Shown: positions 38,836-51,760 of the stretch, in pieces
Layout of the letters: each line of letters opens with the position of its first letter
Numbering within the stretch: position 1 is the first letter of the stretch
Assembly: GCF_030144855.1 (NCBI RefSeq)
Contig: NC_082731.1
Coordinates: 12,214,001-12,278,000, forward strand
Reading direction: 5' to 3'
Length of the DNA: 64,000 nt
Origin: Hypanus sabinus
Lineage: Eukaryota
Program-made: the position numbers and the translations under genes
Notes under the pieces: generated by a model
Told to the model about the DNA's origin: nothing
The model's database searches: none
What the model saw: the letters and a program-made list of their open reading frames with translations, nothing else

Positions 38836-40236
38836 CTCTTGCAGGACAACCGTTGTTGTTTATTCACTTTAGTAACATGGCCACAATATTTGTCATGCTC
38901 AACAGTCGCGGTGGGTTGGGGGCATCACCAATCTAGTTCTTGGCAACCTGGCGAAATTGAGCTAATCTGCATTTTCTCTAAGATGGTAGACGAGATGACG
39001 TGATCCAACTCGTCATCTGATTGTGCATCTTCAGGAATGTCTTTCGGACGTTATATCTAATTCCCTAAAAATAGCGTACTTTTTTTCTTCCCTCGACTAT
39101 ATAAAAAATAAAACTTTTACAATTCGTTTAAAAGTACTGTTGGTCTGCTAATCATGCCCCAGAGGCATTTTACCCAACCTCCGTGAATTATGCCACCTCC
39201 CAACAATAATTGACAGATAGCATGACGTACGGTGGTTGTGTCACATGTTTTATTCATGAACTCTTACTTCGTTTCGTGCGCATTTCCTTGTTGCCCACAC
39301 TACATCGTTGTTTTCCTGTTGATCAGAGCCGATGAAAGGTAGCTGATGTGAAATTTTATCGTTTTCCCTTTCCATAGTTACTGCCTGATGTATTTACGTT
39401 TCCAGCAGTTTCCATTTTTACGATCCTTATCTGACATTCACAAGCAAAGATTGTCGAGGACATAGAAGTGATGCAGGAAGATTCACCAAGACGGTTCCAT
39501 GGGAGGAGTGATTGCCGAATGGAAAATAGACCAAGACTCCGCATTTCATTGCTTCGAAATATCAGAAGTCACATTGTTATACAATATTTCATACATCGCA
39601 TTAGAGTGTAGAACAGAAGGTACATTGTCCTGAACCTGTGTAATATGTTTCTTAGGCTCACCTGGGGTATAGAATAACTTACTGCCCGCGACAAGACAGA
39701 AACTATATGGGTAGGATTTGAAAATGCATTATTACAATAGCTCCAGAGAGGAAGAATTTTCGCTACGACTAACTGAAAAAGCTGTAGTTAACTGGCCTGT
39801 AATATGACCGACTGATTCGGTTGTTACAAGAATAATTGATTGGGTTTCATGCTACAAGAATCGGGTGTAAGTTTTATAACTATGGGCAAAACCGAAATGT
39901 ATGGTTAAAACAAAATTCGCCCTTGGAGAGTAACTGTAATGAGGAACCCTATACTTCTGGCATTCATGGAAAGTGGAATTAAGTGGACACTGGAGTCAAG
40001 TAATTAAAAACCAATTGAGAAATTAAAAAACAGTAGAAAAGACCTGATTGCAGGCTAGGGTGAGCTTCTTGAGCCAAATGTGCAATGGACATATTTCTAA
40101 CGTCAGTGAAAAGAGAATCATGCGAGTTGAAGAGCGCCAATACTTATCGTCCATTTATCGCCAGAGACCAATTTATTAGAGAATAGCGGGTCGAACGATG
40201 ACAGGTTTAAAACCAGCGAGTAACTGTACCTGCAGC

Positions 40237-41126
40237 TTACCGCACCTTCACCTTACTGGCGTAGCAATTCAACCCTTCTCTGAATGTATTTTGCGTCACG
40301 ACATAAATGCAGGTGTTGGTGCAGCAGCTCAGCAGCTGAAGCATGTTTTCACTTTCCTGGCAAATGAACCCGGGGTCATTGAAATTGGAAGCACTGAAAT
40401 ACGGTTCACCTGAGATTTCGACATAGAGGAAATTTACGACATACGTCATCCACAGAAGGATGAAACTGCCGGAGATCAGGAAGAGTAAAATAATGGACTT
40501 CCTCCGGCTCTCAGTCTCTGGATCGCTCTTATTGTCTCCATTGCTCTGGGACCTGATGTTCCTGCAGGCTCTGCTACCCACGGGAATGTGCCTCACTGTT
40601 AACGCATTAAAGAGTAAAATTAGGACAAATGGGAGCCCCGGAGTTAAAATCCGTGCAAACCAATCATACACTGTCCACGCGAGTGATGTGCTGTAGATTA
40701 ATTTTCTGGTACAAAGCCAGGGCTTATTGTCAATTATATACAGCGGCTCGTAGATGAAGCACCATGGGACGCTTTTCAAACAGCTCAACACACAGATTGT
40801 CCCGATAACCACGGCCGCTCTTCTCTCGGTGCAATATTTTGTTTTCAACTTCTGGCAACAAATGGCCACGAATCGATCAAAAATGAAAGCGACCGTTAAC
40901 CAGACCGAACTCTCGGTCACTGCATAAATTTTCATCGTGCTCAGAGTACAAGATGGAGTCAAGGACATAAAGCTAAATGGAAAATAAATGCCAACAATCC
41001 CATTGAATATGACAGCGGAGATAACAACCAGCAGATCCGTCACCGCCATCGACACCAAGTACCGCGTGATGCATCTGGAGAGGCCGCACTTTTCTCGGCA
41101 CAGAATCACAATCGCCACTATATTAA
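40237..41126 (-). CDS. G2 exon 2: GPR139-like GPCR, open frame; gene may be a young pseudogene
   Basis: Acceptor CCCCTCCCTCAG (AG at 41128-41127), phase 1; about 89% identical to G3 by manual count (about 31 differences in about 273 aa); C-tail shorter and divergent. Confidence 0.85.
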
Positions 41127-41898
41127 CTGAGGGAGGGGTGACATTTGAAGTTAATATGTTTGTTATGAAATTCAGGAAAATACATATTCAGTGTGACCTC
41201 ATTCCGTGAAGCATTTTGTATTCTTTGAGGATAATCATTTACGTACGGAGTTTCCCAATGTCCTTTCCTGACAAGAGTTCATGGCCTATTTAGGTGTTAA
41301 CTCTAAAAATGTAGGAACGTGTGTGGAAAGGAGGTTAGCCAAGTGAATATCAGCTTTAAATGTTAACATAGCTTGCTCCGCGGACGGTACCGCACGCCTT
41401 ATCTTTATTTACTCGTAATCCGCATCGCCATACTCAGAAAGCAGGAGGTGCGTAAGACGGATTGTAGAATTAATGTGATGAATTCATCATTGTCGTTCCC
41501 TATGAATCCACAGACTGTGCCATTGGAAGGCAGAGTAAATCAGCAGGCGCAACGTAGTGTACATTCTGGTACAGTATTGCATACAGTTCAGGTGAACTGT
41601 ACATTCTGCGATCGATTAAAAGGGCAGGAATGCTTGGCTTGCCACAAGTAACAACGGGAACGAACGACCTCGATGAACACAAAAGACCATGGTAAAAAAT
41701 GCTGATGGGAAAAATGCGGCTGATGTATCAGACATCTCTCAGGAGAATTGCTTTTTAGTCATTTGCAAAATCTTACATCACGGCTAAATGTAATGGAAGT
41801 GCGTAAAGTCGGCAAATACGGAACACAATAACTCCATTGATTCAGCCACTTATGATGCATGCTTGTTACGTTAAAACGACGGTAGAATTTCGTTCTTT

Positions 41899-43467
41899 CT
41901 CAATCTTTTTATTATTATTAATAATGACCAAATGCAAATGATATATTAATAAAGAATTACAAACATACAAATTCCATTACAGATGAAAAAAGACATAAAC
42001 AATAATTGTTGTATAAATGAGTTTACCAAGACATAAACCATACGTATATGTATAAACATGGTAAGTCTAGATAATTCATAATATATGGTATTAAAAAAAA
42101 CACAGGAAAAAAGAGAAAAAAATGTATATATATAAGGCAGAAATAACTAATCTACTAAACTAATGACTAATAAAAAAGGAAAGAAAAAGCAAAAAAAGAG
42201 AAAAAAACAACAAAAAAGGGCTGTTTATAATATCTCACAAGAATAAATAATCATCAATGCCGTCACCTCCGGTCCTCTCAACCTACATAAGCTAAAGGCT
42301 GGAGAGTCAAATGATCCTGGAACAGGGTCATCTTACATCATATGAAAGTATTGAATAAATGGTCTCCATATCTTTTCAAATTTAATAGAAGTGTCAAAAA
42401 CACCACTTATAATGTTTTCTAAATTTAAACATAACATAGTTTGAGAGAACCAATTAAATACAGTGGGAGGGTTAACTTCCTTCCAATTCAACAAATTAGA
42501 TCTTCTAGCCAACAGAGTTAGAAATGCAATCATTTGACGGGTGGAAGAAGATAGATGCAGTGAGTCATCATTGATAAAACAAAATGTCAGTAATAGGATG
42601 AGGTTGTAAATCAATATTCAAACCACAGAAATAATATCAAAAATATCTTTCCAATATTTTTTCAGAAGCGGACATGACCAAAACATATGAGTTAAAGACG
42701 CGGTTGCAGATTGACATCTATCACAAATAGGATTTATATAAGAATAGAAATGGGCTAATTTCTCCTTGGACATATGGGCCCTATGTACAACCTTAAATTG
42801 TATTAATGAATGTTTAGCACATATCGATGATGTATTAACTAACTGAAGAATTCTATCCCAATTCTCACTAGGAATAGTAAGATTAAGCTCTCTTTCCCAA
42901 TCCTCTTTGGTCTTATAAAGGGGCTCTGAACATATCTTCATAATTATATTATAAAGTTTTGAAACAAACCCTTTTTGTAAAGGGTATAATTCAAAAAAAC
43001 TCTCCAAATTATCTTAAGGCACAAAATTTGGAAACGTAGGGAGTACAGTACTTAAAAAATGTCTAATCTGTAAATATCTTAAAAAGTGAGATCTAGGCAG
43101 GTTATATTTGTTAGATAATTGCTCAAAATACATAAAACAATTGTCCAAAAATAAATCAGAAAATCTTAACAATCCCTTAGTTTTCCAAGCCAGATAGGCT
43201 TTATCTATAATAGAAGGGTGGAAAAGGCAATTAAATACTATAGGACTATTCAAAACGAATTGAGTCAACTTGAAAAATTTCCGAAATTGAAACCATATAC
43301 GTAAAGTATATTTAACTATCGGGTTGTCAATTCGTTTCGGCAATTTAGAGAGAGCAAAAGGGAGAGAAATCCCTAAAATAGAACCCAAGGCATAACCTGA
43401 TACAGATTTATTTTCTAAACTCACCCAATGAGGGCCAAAAGATCCACCCCAATCTTTCAACCAACAA
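41899..43467 (-). mobile_element. L1-clade LINE, 5'-truncated, in the G2 intron
   Basis: ORF2 C-terminus with CCHC knuckle (CDRC...HMFWSC); 20-bp TSD ACGGT(A/G)GAATTTCGTTCTTT at 41879-41898 and 43468-43487; AATAAAAAGATTGAGAAAG tail. Confidence 0.92.
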
Positions 43468-43992
43468 ACGGTGGAATTTCGTTCTTTATTAAAGAACATT
43501 TAGCTTGTTTGTAAAGACCGTTGTCAATCAAATCTGCAGGTTTCTCAATAGTGGAATAATAGCACGTTCTTCGCATTTTTTGCCCGGAATATTGAGCCAC
43601 AACACAAGTACAATTTTAGCGTGCTATTAAAAAGAGGGTGATTGGGAACTCTTTCAACAGCCGGAAACAAAGTCACTACAACCTGCGCCCAGAAGATGCA
43701 GATTACGGATGACGCTTACGTGCATGCATACTTCAAAACTAAATAGTGTCTCCGTTGACTTCGATGTTTCTAAATAATTTAAAGGTCTTACCGCAAATGT
43801 TAATAAAATAGACAACTTATACCAAATTGGCACTGCAGCACACCATGAAATTTGGTTATACTAAAGTCCATAATAGATAAGATAACCAATAGACTGATAT
43901 CGTATAAACCTTCCAAATCTTCCAGACGGTTATAAATCTTCAATATTCATCATATGAACGGATCCGAGTCAGATTGGCTCTCCCACGACAAA

Positions 43993-44279
43993 GGCGCTAC
44001 GGTGGCGTAGTGGTTAACGCGACTCGAGTACTGCTCGGGGCGTCGGAGTTTGGAGTTCAATCCCCGCGTCCACTGTAAGGAGTCGCTGTGCGTCCACCCC
44101 GTGGAATGCGTGGGTTTTCTCTCAACTTACAGTGGAGAGGCGTACCGGTAGGTTACCTGGTCATTGTAAATTGACCCATGATTAGGTTAAGATTAAATCA
44201 GAGTTGTCGGGGATTGTCGAAGAGCGTGAAGGGCATATTCCAACGCTCTAGCGCCAAGTAAATAAATAAATAAATACAT
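43993..44279 (+). mobile_element. tRNA-derived SINE (V-SINE/HE1-like)
   Basis: A box TGGCGTAGTGG (44003-44013), B box GGAGTTCAATCC (from about 44052), GCGTGGGTTTTC core, (TAAA)n tail. Confidence 0.85.
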
Positions 44280-44999
44280 ACATACAGATAGCGAGGGGTA
44301 GTTGCTCATTCCAATCTTTTGGTTATCTCACATTGTTTGTACCCATATATCAGACAGCCCTAAACACGCACGCCTAATGGTTAGCAAAATAGAGAAACAA
44401 CGCTTCAAGAATGCTTTTAAAACATCACGAAAACCGTCAGTTCGCCAAGTAATAGGAATTTCTTGCCCAGGTCCAACTAAGTTGATGTGTTGTCCACAAT
44501 ATCTAAGGATATTTTGTATATCTTCCATCGGGGCGCAGAGAGAACGCTCATAATACACCGAAAGATCATGTCCCCTAGAACCCGCTCACCCAAGCAATTG
44601 TCTTGCACGTATTACCTATTGAATCGTTTTCTAGTCGGCCTATTAACACACTTTAGCTGCTTCAAGCGGGAAAAATATGACGAGGTGCATTATGCAGTCT
44701 TAGAGGACTCTGTCTTTGTTATCGCTCATTTTGCACCAACACGTTCAGTAACAATCTATGTAACTGTATCTTGGTTTCAGACAACCGCAAGGAAAATTCT
44801 AGTCAAACCTATAGACGTTTAGAAAGTTACTAAAAGTTTTATCTTGAACGTTATTGGCAAATTCTGAAAATAAACGGTTGTCAACTTAGAGAGGCAACAA
44901 ACACAAAGAGATGGATATGCCGCACTGTTAATTGTCAATAAAAGATGTAATACAGTAAACAGCAATTTGCGCGCCCGCTGATGCAGTAGAACGGTTTAC

Positions 45000-45054
45000 C
45001 CGGCACGCCGAAAGCCACAAGTATTGTGTAGTAATTCTGTCGTGGATTTTTCAA
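45000..45054 (-). CDS. G2 exon 1 (TTG-KNPRQNYYTILVAFGVP, phase-1 donor); no ATG
   Basis: Donor CCG G|GTAAAC at 45000/44999 joins in frame to 41126 (..FGVP-V-NIVAIVILC); homologous to psi2 exon 1 including the promoter and intron start. Confidence 0.8.
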
Positions 45055-45123
45055 AGGAAGCTCTAGTTTCCCCTGAAAATTGTTTGCCACAGAGTTTCTC
45101 CGCCAGAGACAAATCAACCTTTC

Positions 45124-45131
45124 ATTTATAT
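45124..45131 (-). promoter_or_regulatory. TATA box of G2
   Basis: ATATAAAT on the minus strand about 76 nt upstream of the TTG; aligns with the psi2 TATATAAA at 52371. Confidence 0.6.
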
Positions 45132-45431
45132 GTTGTGGTAATCCACAGACAGGCAATTAGTTTCAATGGTGAATCGATTTCTTGAACAAAGAGATTTGGC
45201 ATTTATTCCCGGTGATCGTATTGTATTCCTGTAAGAGGCATGTGACCATAAAGGCGAACCAACCACAGTTCAGTGATGTGCAATTCAGCAGACGATTGGA
45301 TTAACAAGGTCAGATGGTTCGGTTGAGATTCTCCTGCATCGAGATCGTGACATAAAATTTCTTTATCTGATCTACTATTTCTATCTACTGAGTACACTGG
45401 ACCACAACAATCCCTACACTGGTCACATTAG

Positions 45432-45669
45432 GCAAACACGAGGAAATCTGCAGATGCTGGAAATTCAAACAACACACACACAAAATGCTGGTGGAACGCA
45501 GCAGACCAGGCAGCATCTATAGGGTGAAGCGCTGTCGACGTTTCGCGCCGAAGCCCTTCGTCAGGACTCATGTCAGAACTCACGAAGGGTCTCGTCCCGA
45601 AACGTCGACAGCGCTTCTCCCTGTAGATGCTGCTTGGCCTGCTCCGTTCCACCAGCATTTTGTGTGTGT
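45432..45669. mobile_element. Penelope pLTR-derived palindromic element (arms about 45472-45568 and 45577-45669)
   Basis: Two inverted copies of the motif that terminates the Penelope fragments at 21069-21210, 25410-25500 and 51690-51760. Confidence 0.8.
45533..45568 (-). ncRNA. Minimal type I hammerhead ribozyme motif
   Basis: Minus strand AGUC CUGACGA A GGGC UUCG GCGC GAAAC GUC GACA: intact CUGANGA and GAAA cores, GUC cleavage triplet, 3-bp stem I, stem II with one mismatch, palindromic ACGU stem III. Confidence 0.6.
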
Positions 45670-45948
45670 TACTGGTCACATTATCCATGTCTCTGTCAAG
45701 ACTGTTAACTTAATTCTATTCCTTTCTGCTTTTCCATATATTCACCTCTTCTAACAAGTCATTAGTGCTTTCCAGCACAACAGTTATAATTTTGAGTGAT
45801 TTGAGCTATCCCAGTGTTGTGAATTTATGGACAGAGATTCACTGCCACTATTCCTGTATGCATCATTCCCCGGAATCTGGCTATTTACAAGGCACAGTGG
45901 AGGCTGTTCTTGAAGGCTTCGTTCCAGCAGAAGACGCCCTTATAAATT

Positions 45949-46540
45949 GATTTGGATTATAAGACAATCATTATGGAGTACTGTGAGCATGTTTCGGGCT
46001 CCTTATCTAAGAATGTGTGTGTTGGCACCGGAGACGGTTCAGAGGATGTTCACCATAATGACCCCGCAATCGAAATGTTTAACGTATGAGAAGTGCTCGG
46101 TGGCCCTGGGCCTGTATTCGCTGGAGTTTAGAAACACGAGGTGGGATCTCATTGAAATCTATCGAATATTGAAAGGCCTAGATATAGTAGATGTAGAGAG
46201 GGTGTTTCCTCTCGTGGGGGAGTCTAGAACCAGAGGACACAACCTCAGAGTTAAATTCATCGCTTTAGAACACAGATAAGAATGATGTTCTTCAGCCAGA
46301 GGGTAGTGAATCTGTGAAATCTGTGAAACACAGCCAAAGACTGCTGTGGAGGCCAATTTATTGGGAATATTCAAGACGGAGCTTGACAGGTTATTGTTTG
46401 GTAAGAGCATCGAAGGTTATGTGGAAAAAGAAGGAGAATGGGCCAGCGAAGGACAACAAATCAGCCATGATGGAATGGCGGATCAGACTCGATGGTTTAA
46501 TTCTGCTCCTGTGTCTTACGGTCTAATAGTCTATGATCTT
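45949..46540 (+). mobile_element. CR1 3' fragment
   Basis: LGLYSLEFRNTRWDLIEIYRILKGLDIVDVERVFPLVGESRTRGHNLR. Confidence 0.88.
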
Positions 46541-47499
46541 TCCAGAGGTAAATAGACCTCTGAAGGAAGGTCCTGCATTTAGAGAATGAACATAGCTGGT
46601 GAGTTTGCAAGGATTCTGTAATTTACAGGAGAAAAAAGATTGACATATAAAATATTTTGTCGAGAAACTCCTAGACAGAAAGTCTTCAACAAGACATATT
46701 AATCTGAAAAAATAAACAAAACGTGTGTTAGATGTCATGGGTAAGATATAATATATGCTCTACAATCAGCACCCCAGAACTGCGAATGAACCCCGAAGGT
46801 GGGTTGTTTTTGGCAATATTCTTCTCTGTAAGAATTTCTGTGATTCTCTCGAAAATCACATGTGTCCACTAACGTCTCTTACGTACAAACACTGTACGTG
46901 CTACCTCTTGCTGGAGCAATTCCCAGATTCATGGGAGATATGCACACAGGATCAAGAAAACACCCACGACATACGTGTCTGTCTATGATGGCGGTGCTCA
47001 CCACGTCGATTCTCTGGAAGCAAAGTCATCTCCTTACACTGTGAATGCTATCAATCGTCAGAGCGGCAGAACCACCCGAAATTATAGTTATCAAAAATGT
47101 AAATAAAAGAATAATGTTTGTGTAATCATCTGACTGCTGCAAGGAGTCTTTTTCTGTCGGTAAAGTCAGAGCAATGGAATAAAGATTGCTTTTTGGAAAG
47201 CACGAATCGTTTGCAAGAGAAGAGATGAATCAAACGAAAAGGAGGAATATATCTAACTTAACAATCTTGACGGAGAAATGGAGAATTCAGTAGTCGTGTA
47301 CTGAAACGTTGTGAACAAATGAACAACTAATACGGCGTCGACTTCGTGTGATCTTCTGTCGGTCCAGTCGAATCAGAAATGAGAGAGGAGACTGCTCACG
47401 GGCCCATGAGTCAGATTTAAAACAAGAACATTTGCACGTTTTCCAGCGGCTGAATCAAATAAAGATTCATTGGCAAGTGTAAATAAAATTAAGACATGT

Positions 47500-50400
47500 G
47501 CAAGCAGAGCGGCCATTGTTGGAGTGGGGAGGCTTTGGCTCATCAGGCTTGGGCGAGGTAAGTATCTGCTGAGTTTTCTTCTTCATCATCCCTCCTCTGT
47601 TAGTATATAGTTAGAGAGATGATGATGGCTCCAGGAGCTCGATGTATTCTTTGTGTGAGATGTTGGAATTCTTGGAGACCTCCAGCCTCTAGAATCTGCG
47701 CCAGATTCACCAAGCTGAAGCTCTTCAGAGAACCTGTTAAGGAACTGGAGCTGCAGCTTGATGAACTTCGGCTCATACGGGAAACTGCTGGATAGAAGCT
47801 ATCTTGATCGGATCAAGTCCCCAGCATTCTAATGGGGGAGGAATTGTAGCCAGAAGTCTTGGTGCATACTGTCACCAATAACGTAGGTAGGGAAAGGGAC
47901 AGAATTTAGGAAGCTACCTAGAAAACTGATAAACAAGACCTCCAGGCAGCCATCTCTGGAGAGATGCCTGTGCCACGCGCCAGCGAGGAGAAAAATACAA
48001 TGATTCAGCAGATGAGTGCGTTCCCGAGGAACCGGTGTAGGGGACAACGTTTCAGAGTTCTGGACCATTTGGGTCCTCTTCTGGGGAAGACATGTCTTGT
48101 ACAAAAGGGACGAGCCACACGGAACTCACGTGGAACCAATATCCTTGCGGGCTAGTTTGTCAGAACTGTTGAGGAGGGTCTAAACTAATTTGTCAAGGGG
48201 GAGGGAAACTGCGTGATAGGGCTGTGAATGGGGCAGTTGGTATAGTAACAAAGACAGTCTGTAGTGAGTCTGTTAGGAAGGACAGGCAGATGATTGTGCA
48301 AAATTGCTATCAGTGGAATGAGTTGCAGGATAACGAGGATTAATTCAAGAATAAAGGCGTTATATTTGAATGCACGCAGTGCAGGAAGTAATTTAGATGA
48401 TCTTGTAGAGCAGTTAGATATTTAAAGATATGCGGTGATAGGTGTCAGTGAATGGTGGCTGAAAGAAGATTATAGTTTGGAGCTTAACATCCAACGATAA
48501 ACATGGTTTTGGAAAAGACAAGCAGGTAGGCAGACTGATAACGTGGCTCTGATGGTATAAACTGAAATTCAACCCTTCGAAAGAGGTAACATAGGATTAG
48601 AAGATACAGAATTGTTGTAAGTAGAGTTACAGAACTACAGGAATAAAAAGACACTGACTGGAGTTATAAACAGGCCTCTGCGCGGTAGCCAGGATGAGGT
48701 CTATAAATTACAACGGGAGATATAAAATGCACGTCAAAAGGGCAAAGAGAAGATAATTATTGGTTATTTCAATATCCAGGTAGATCCAGGTAGATTAGGT
48801 TGGTGCTGAATTTGTATCCCGGGAGAGAAATTTTGTAGGATGCCAACGAGATGCAATCTTAGCGTAACTTGCGGTTGAGCCCACTAGGGGATCAGCTATG
48901 CTGGATTCGGTGTTGCGTAATGGACCGGATTTGATTAGAGAGGAGGTAAACGAACCCTCGGGATGCAGTGCTCATAATATGATAGAATTCACCCTGCAGT
49001 TTTAGAGGGAGAAGATAAAGTCAGATATGTCCGTATTATCGTGGAGTAAAAAATATTAAAGAGGCATGACAGAAGTAGCCAAAGTTGATTGAACGGGGAT
49101 ACTAGCAGAGACGACGGCAGGGCAACAATGTCTGGAGCTTCTGGGAGCAATTCGGAAACGCAGAGTATATACATTCCGAAGAAGAAGTATTTCTTAGGCA
49201 GGATGACCAACCGGTGCTGACAAGGCAATTCAAAGGCAACTTAAAAGCAAAAAGATGGTATGTAAGACAGCAAAAATATTAGAAAGTGAGAGAATTGTGA
49301 AGCTTTTAAAACCAATCAGAAGGCAACTAAAAACCCATAGGGATCGAAAAGGTGAAATATGAAGGCGAGCTAGTCAGTAATATCAACAAAGATGCAAAAC
49401 GTTTTTGCAGATATATAAAGAGTAAAAGAGAGGCGAGAGTAGATATTGGACCGCTGGAGAGGTAGTAATGGGGGACGAACTGGGTAAGCATTTGGCATCC
49501 GTCTCCATTAGCGTGATTGTCAGGTGTTCCAGTGTGTCAGGGGAAGAAGTGAGTACAATTGTTATTACTTATTGACCCGTGAGTACAATTCTTGTTACTA
49601 GGGAGAAGGTGGTTGGGAAACTGCAAGGTCTGAAGTCATCTGGACTAGATAGACTACACCCAAGAGTACTTAAAGAGGTACCAGAAGAGACTGTGGAGGC
49701 ATTCAATCAAAAATCACTAGATTCTGACATGGTTCCGGAACATCGGAGCATTGAAAATGTCAATCCACACTTCAAGAAGTGAGGCAGGCAGAAGAAAGGT
49801 AATTATAGGTCAGTTAGCCTGATCTCAGTTGTTGAGAAGATGTTGGAGTCGATTGCTAAGCAAGACGTTTAGGGGTACTTTGAGGCACATGATCAAAAGG
49901 GAAAATATTGCCTGACAACTCTGTTCGAATTCATTACTGAAATAGCAAGCAGTGTAGGCAAAGGAGAATCGGTGGATCTGGAGTACTTGGATTTTTAAAA
50001 GTCCATCGATAAGGTGGCACACTTGCGTCTGCTTAGCAGATTAGGAGGTCAAGGTATTAGAGAAATGATACTAAAATGTTTTCTCAAGGTTGTTTAAGCT
50101 GGGGTGGTAATAGGGATAGGCACCCACTACCTCTTAAACGTTTCCAATGGAGTGCGACCGCATAGTCTCTGACAACTAAATCCACCACCTAGTTTTCATG
50201 TGTGGCTTAACTACTCGGGAGAATGGGCAAAGAGGTGGCAGATAGAACAGCGTGTCGGGAAGTGTGTGGTCTTGCACTTTGTTAGATAATAAGAGTGTTT
50301 CTAATCTGAGTGAAAATTCTAAAATCTGTGGACCAACGGGATTGGAAGCCCTCGTGCACGCTACCGTAAAGGTTAAGTATCAGGTAGAGTCGGTGTTGAG

Positions 50401-51065
50401 GAAGTCAAATGCAATGTTAACATTCATTTTAAGAGAATTAGAACATAAAATGAACGATGTATTGCTGAGGCTTTTGCCAGGCCTCACTCAGATCATTGTG
50501 AGACATTTTGGACCCCTTATTTAAAAAAAAACGGATGTACTAATATTGGAGAGGTTTCAAGGAAGGTTCACGAAAGTCATTCCTAGATTGAAAGGCTTAT
50601 CTTATAAGCAACGTTCTGAATGGCTGCAGGTCTGTATTCGCTGGGATTTAGAAGAATGAGCGGGGTAGGGAGCTGATCTCGATGAAACCTATAGAATGTT
50701 GAAAGGCCTAATTTGAGTGGATGTGCTGAGGATGTTTCCTATGGTGGAGGAGTCAAAGATCAACGGACACAACCTCAGAATAGATGAAAGCCCATTTAGA
50801 ATGGATATGAAGAGGATTTTCTTTCGCCGGAGAGCGGTGGGTCTTTGGAATTCGTTGCCACAGGCGGCTGTGGAGGCCAGGACATTGAGTGGATTTAGAG
50901 AGGAGATCGGCAGATTCTTGACAAGTCATGACGTGAAAGGCTACGTGGAGAATGCAGGAGAATGGGACAGAGAAGGAAATGGATCAGCCATGATTAAATG
51001 GTGAAGCAGAATCGATGCTCCGAATGGGCTAATTCTCCTCCAATGCCTTATGGTCTTATCATCTT
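47500..51065 (+). mobile_element. Near-full-span but decayed CR1 LINE (ORF1 zinc-finger/esterase and ORF2 EN/RT remnants)
   Basis: ORF1 remnants (ELELQLDELRLIRE; PVPRASEEKN...GTNILAG), EN- and RT-like fragments, and a CR1 3' end near 51050. Confidence 0.85.
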
Positions 51066-51249
51066 ATATCAGCTTGGGATAATGGAAGGCAGGGTCCTTT
51101 CAAATGACCAAATGTAAGAGACAAAATAGATATTTTATCGAGAGGCCTGCAGGAAGAGATTAACACAGCGGATCCAGATTGGCTCATTCTACTCTGTTAA
51201 TCTAATCGCTGCCTGAATTCCTTATCACTAAACGGTGGTTGTCTTGCAT

Positions 51250-51760
51250 TCTACTTTCCATTCCTATTTCGACTTGTCATTCAATGGCCTCTTCTACTGT
51301 TGCGATTCAACAGCCCACATTCAGTTTGAAGCAGCAACACCTTATATCCTGTCCAGGTAGCCTCAAACCTGGTGCATGAATATCGACTTCTCAAACTTCC
51401 TGTAATTATCCCCCAGCTTCACCATTTTCCATTCCCGTTTGCCTCTCTCACCTTACCTGCCCATCACCTCCTTCATGTGCTCCTCCCCTTCCCATTATTC
51501 CACGTTCGTCTACCCTCTCCTAACATATTCCCACTTCTCCAGTCCTTTATCTCGTTCACCGATCAACTCCACTTCACCAACCTCCGCCCCCTCCCCCCCG
51601 ACTCCCGTCTCGGTTTCACCTATCGCCTACTACGTTGTACTTCTTCTTCCCCTCCTCCCACTTCCTTACTCTGACTTCTAATCATTTTTCCCAGTCCTGT
51701 TGAAGGGTCTCCGCCCGAAACATCAACAGTTTATTACTTTACATAGATGCTGCCTGGAAC
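51250..51760 (+). mobile_element. Penelope-like element 3' fragment
   Basis: ..QQHL..PGSLKPGA.NIDFSNF-like end plus pLTR with CTGTTGAAGGGTCTCCGCCCGAAAC. Confidence 0.75.

Noticed and set aside
43790-43870. Minus-strand ATG...GCG|GTAAG as G2 exon 1
   Set aside because: In-frame stop and no TM1 similarity; the 45000-45054 exon fits in phase and has a paralog.
43993-44070. tRNA gene
   Set aside because: Has A/B boxes but no full cloverleaf and continues into a SINE core and (TAAA)n tail.
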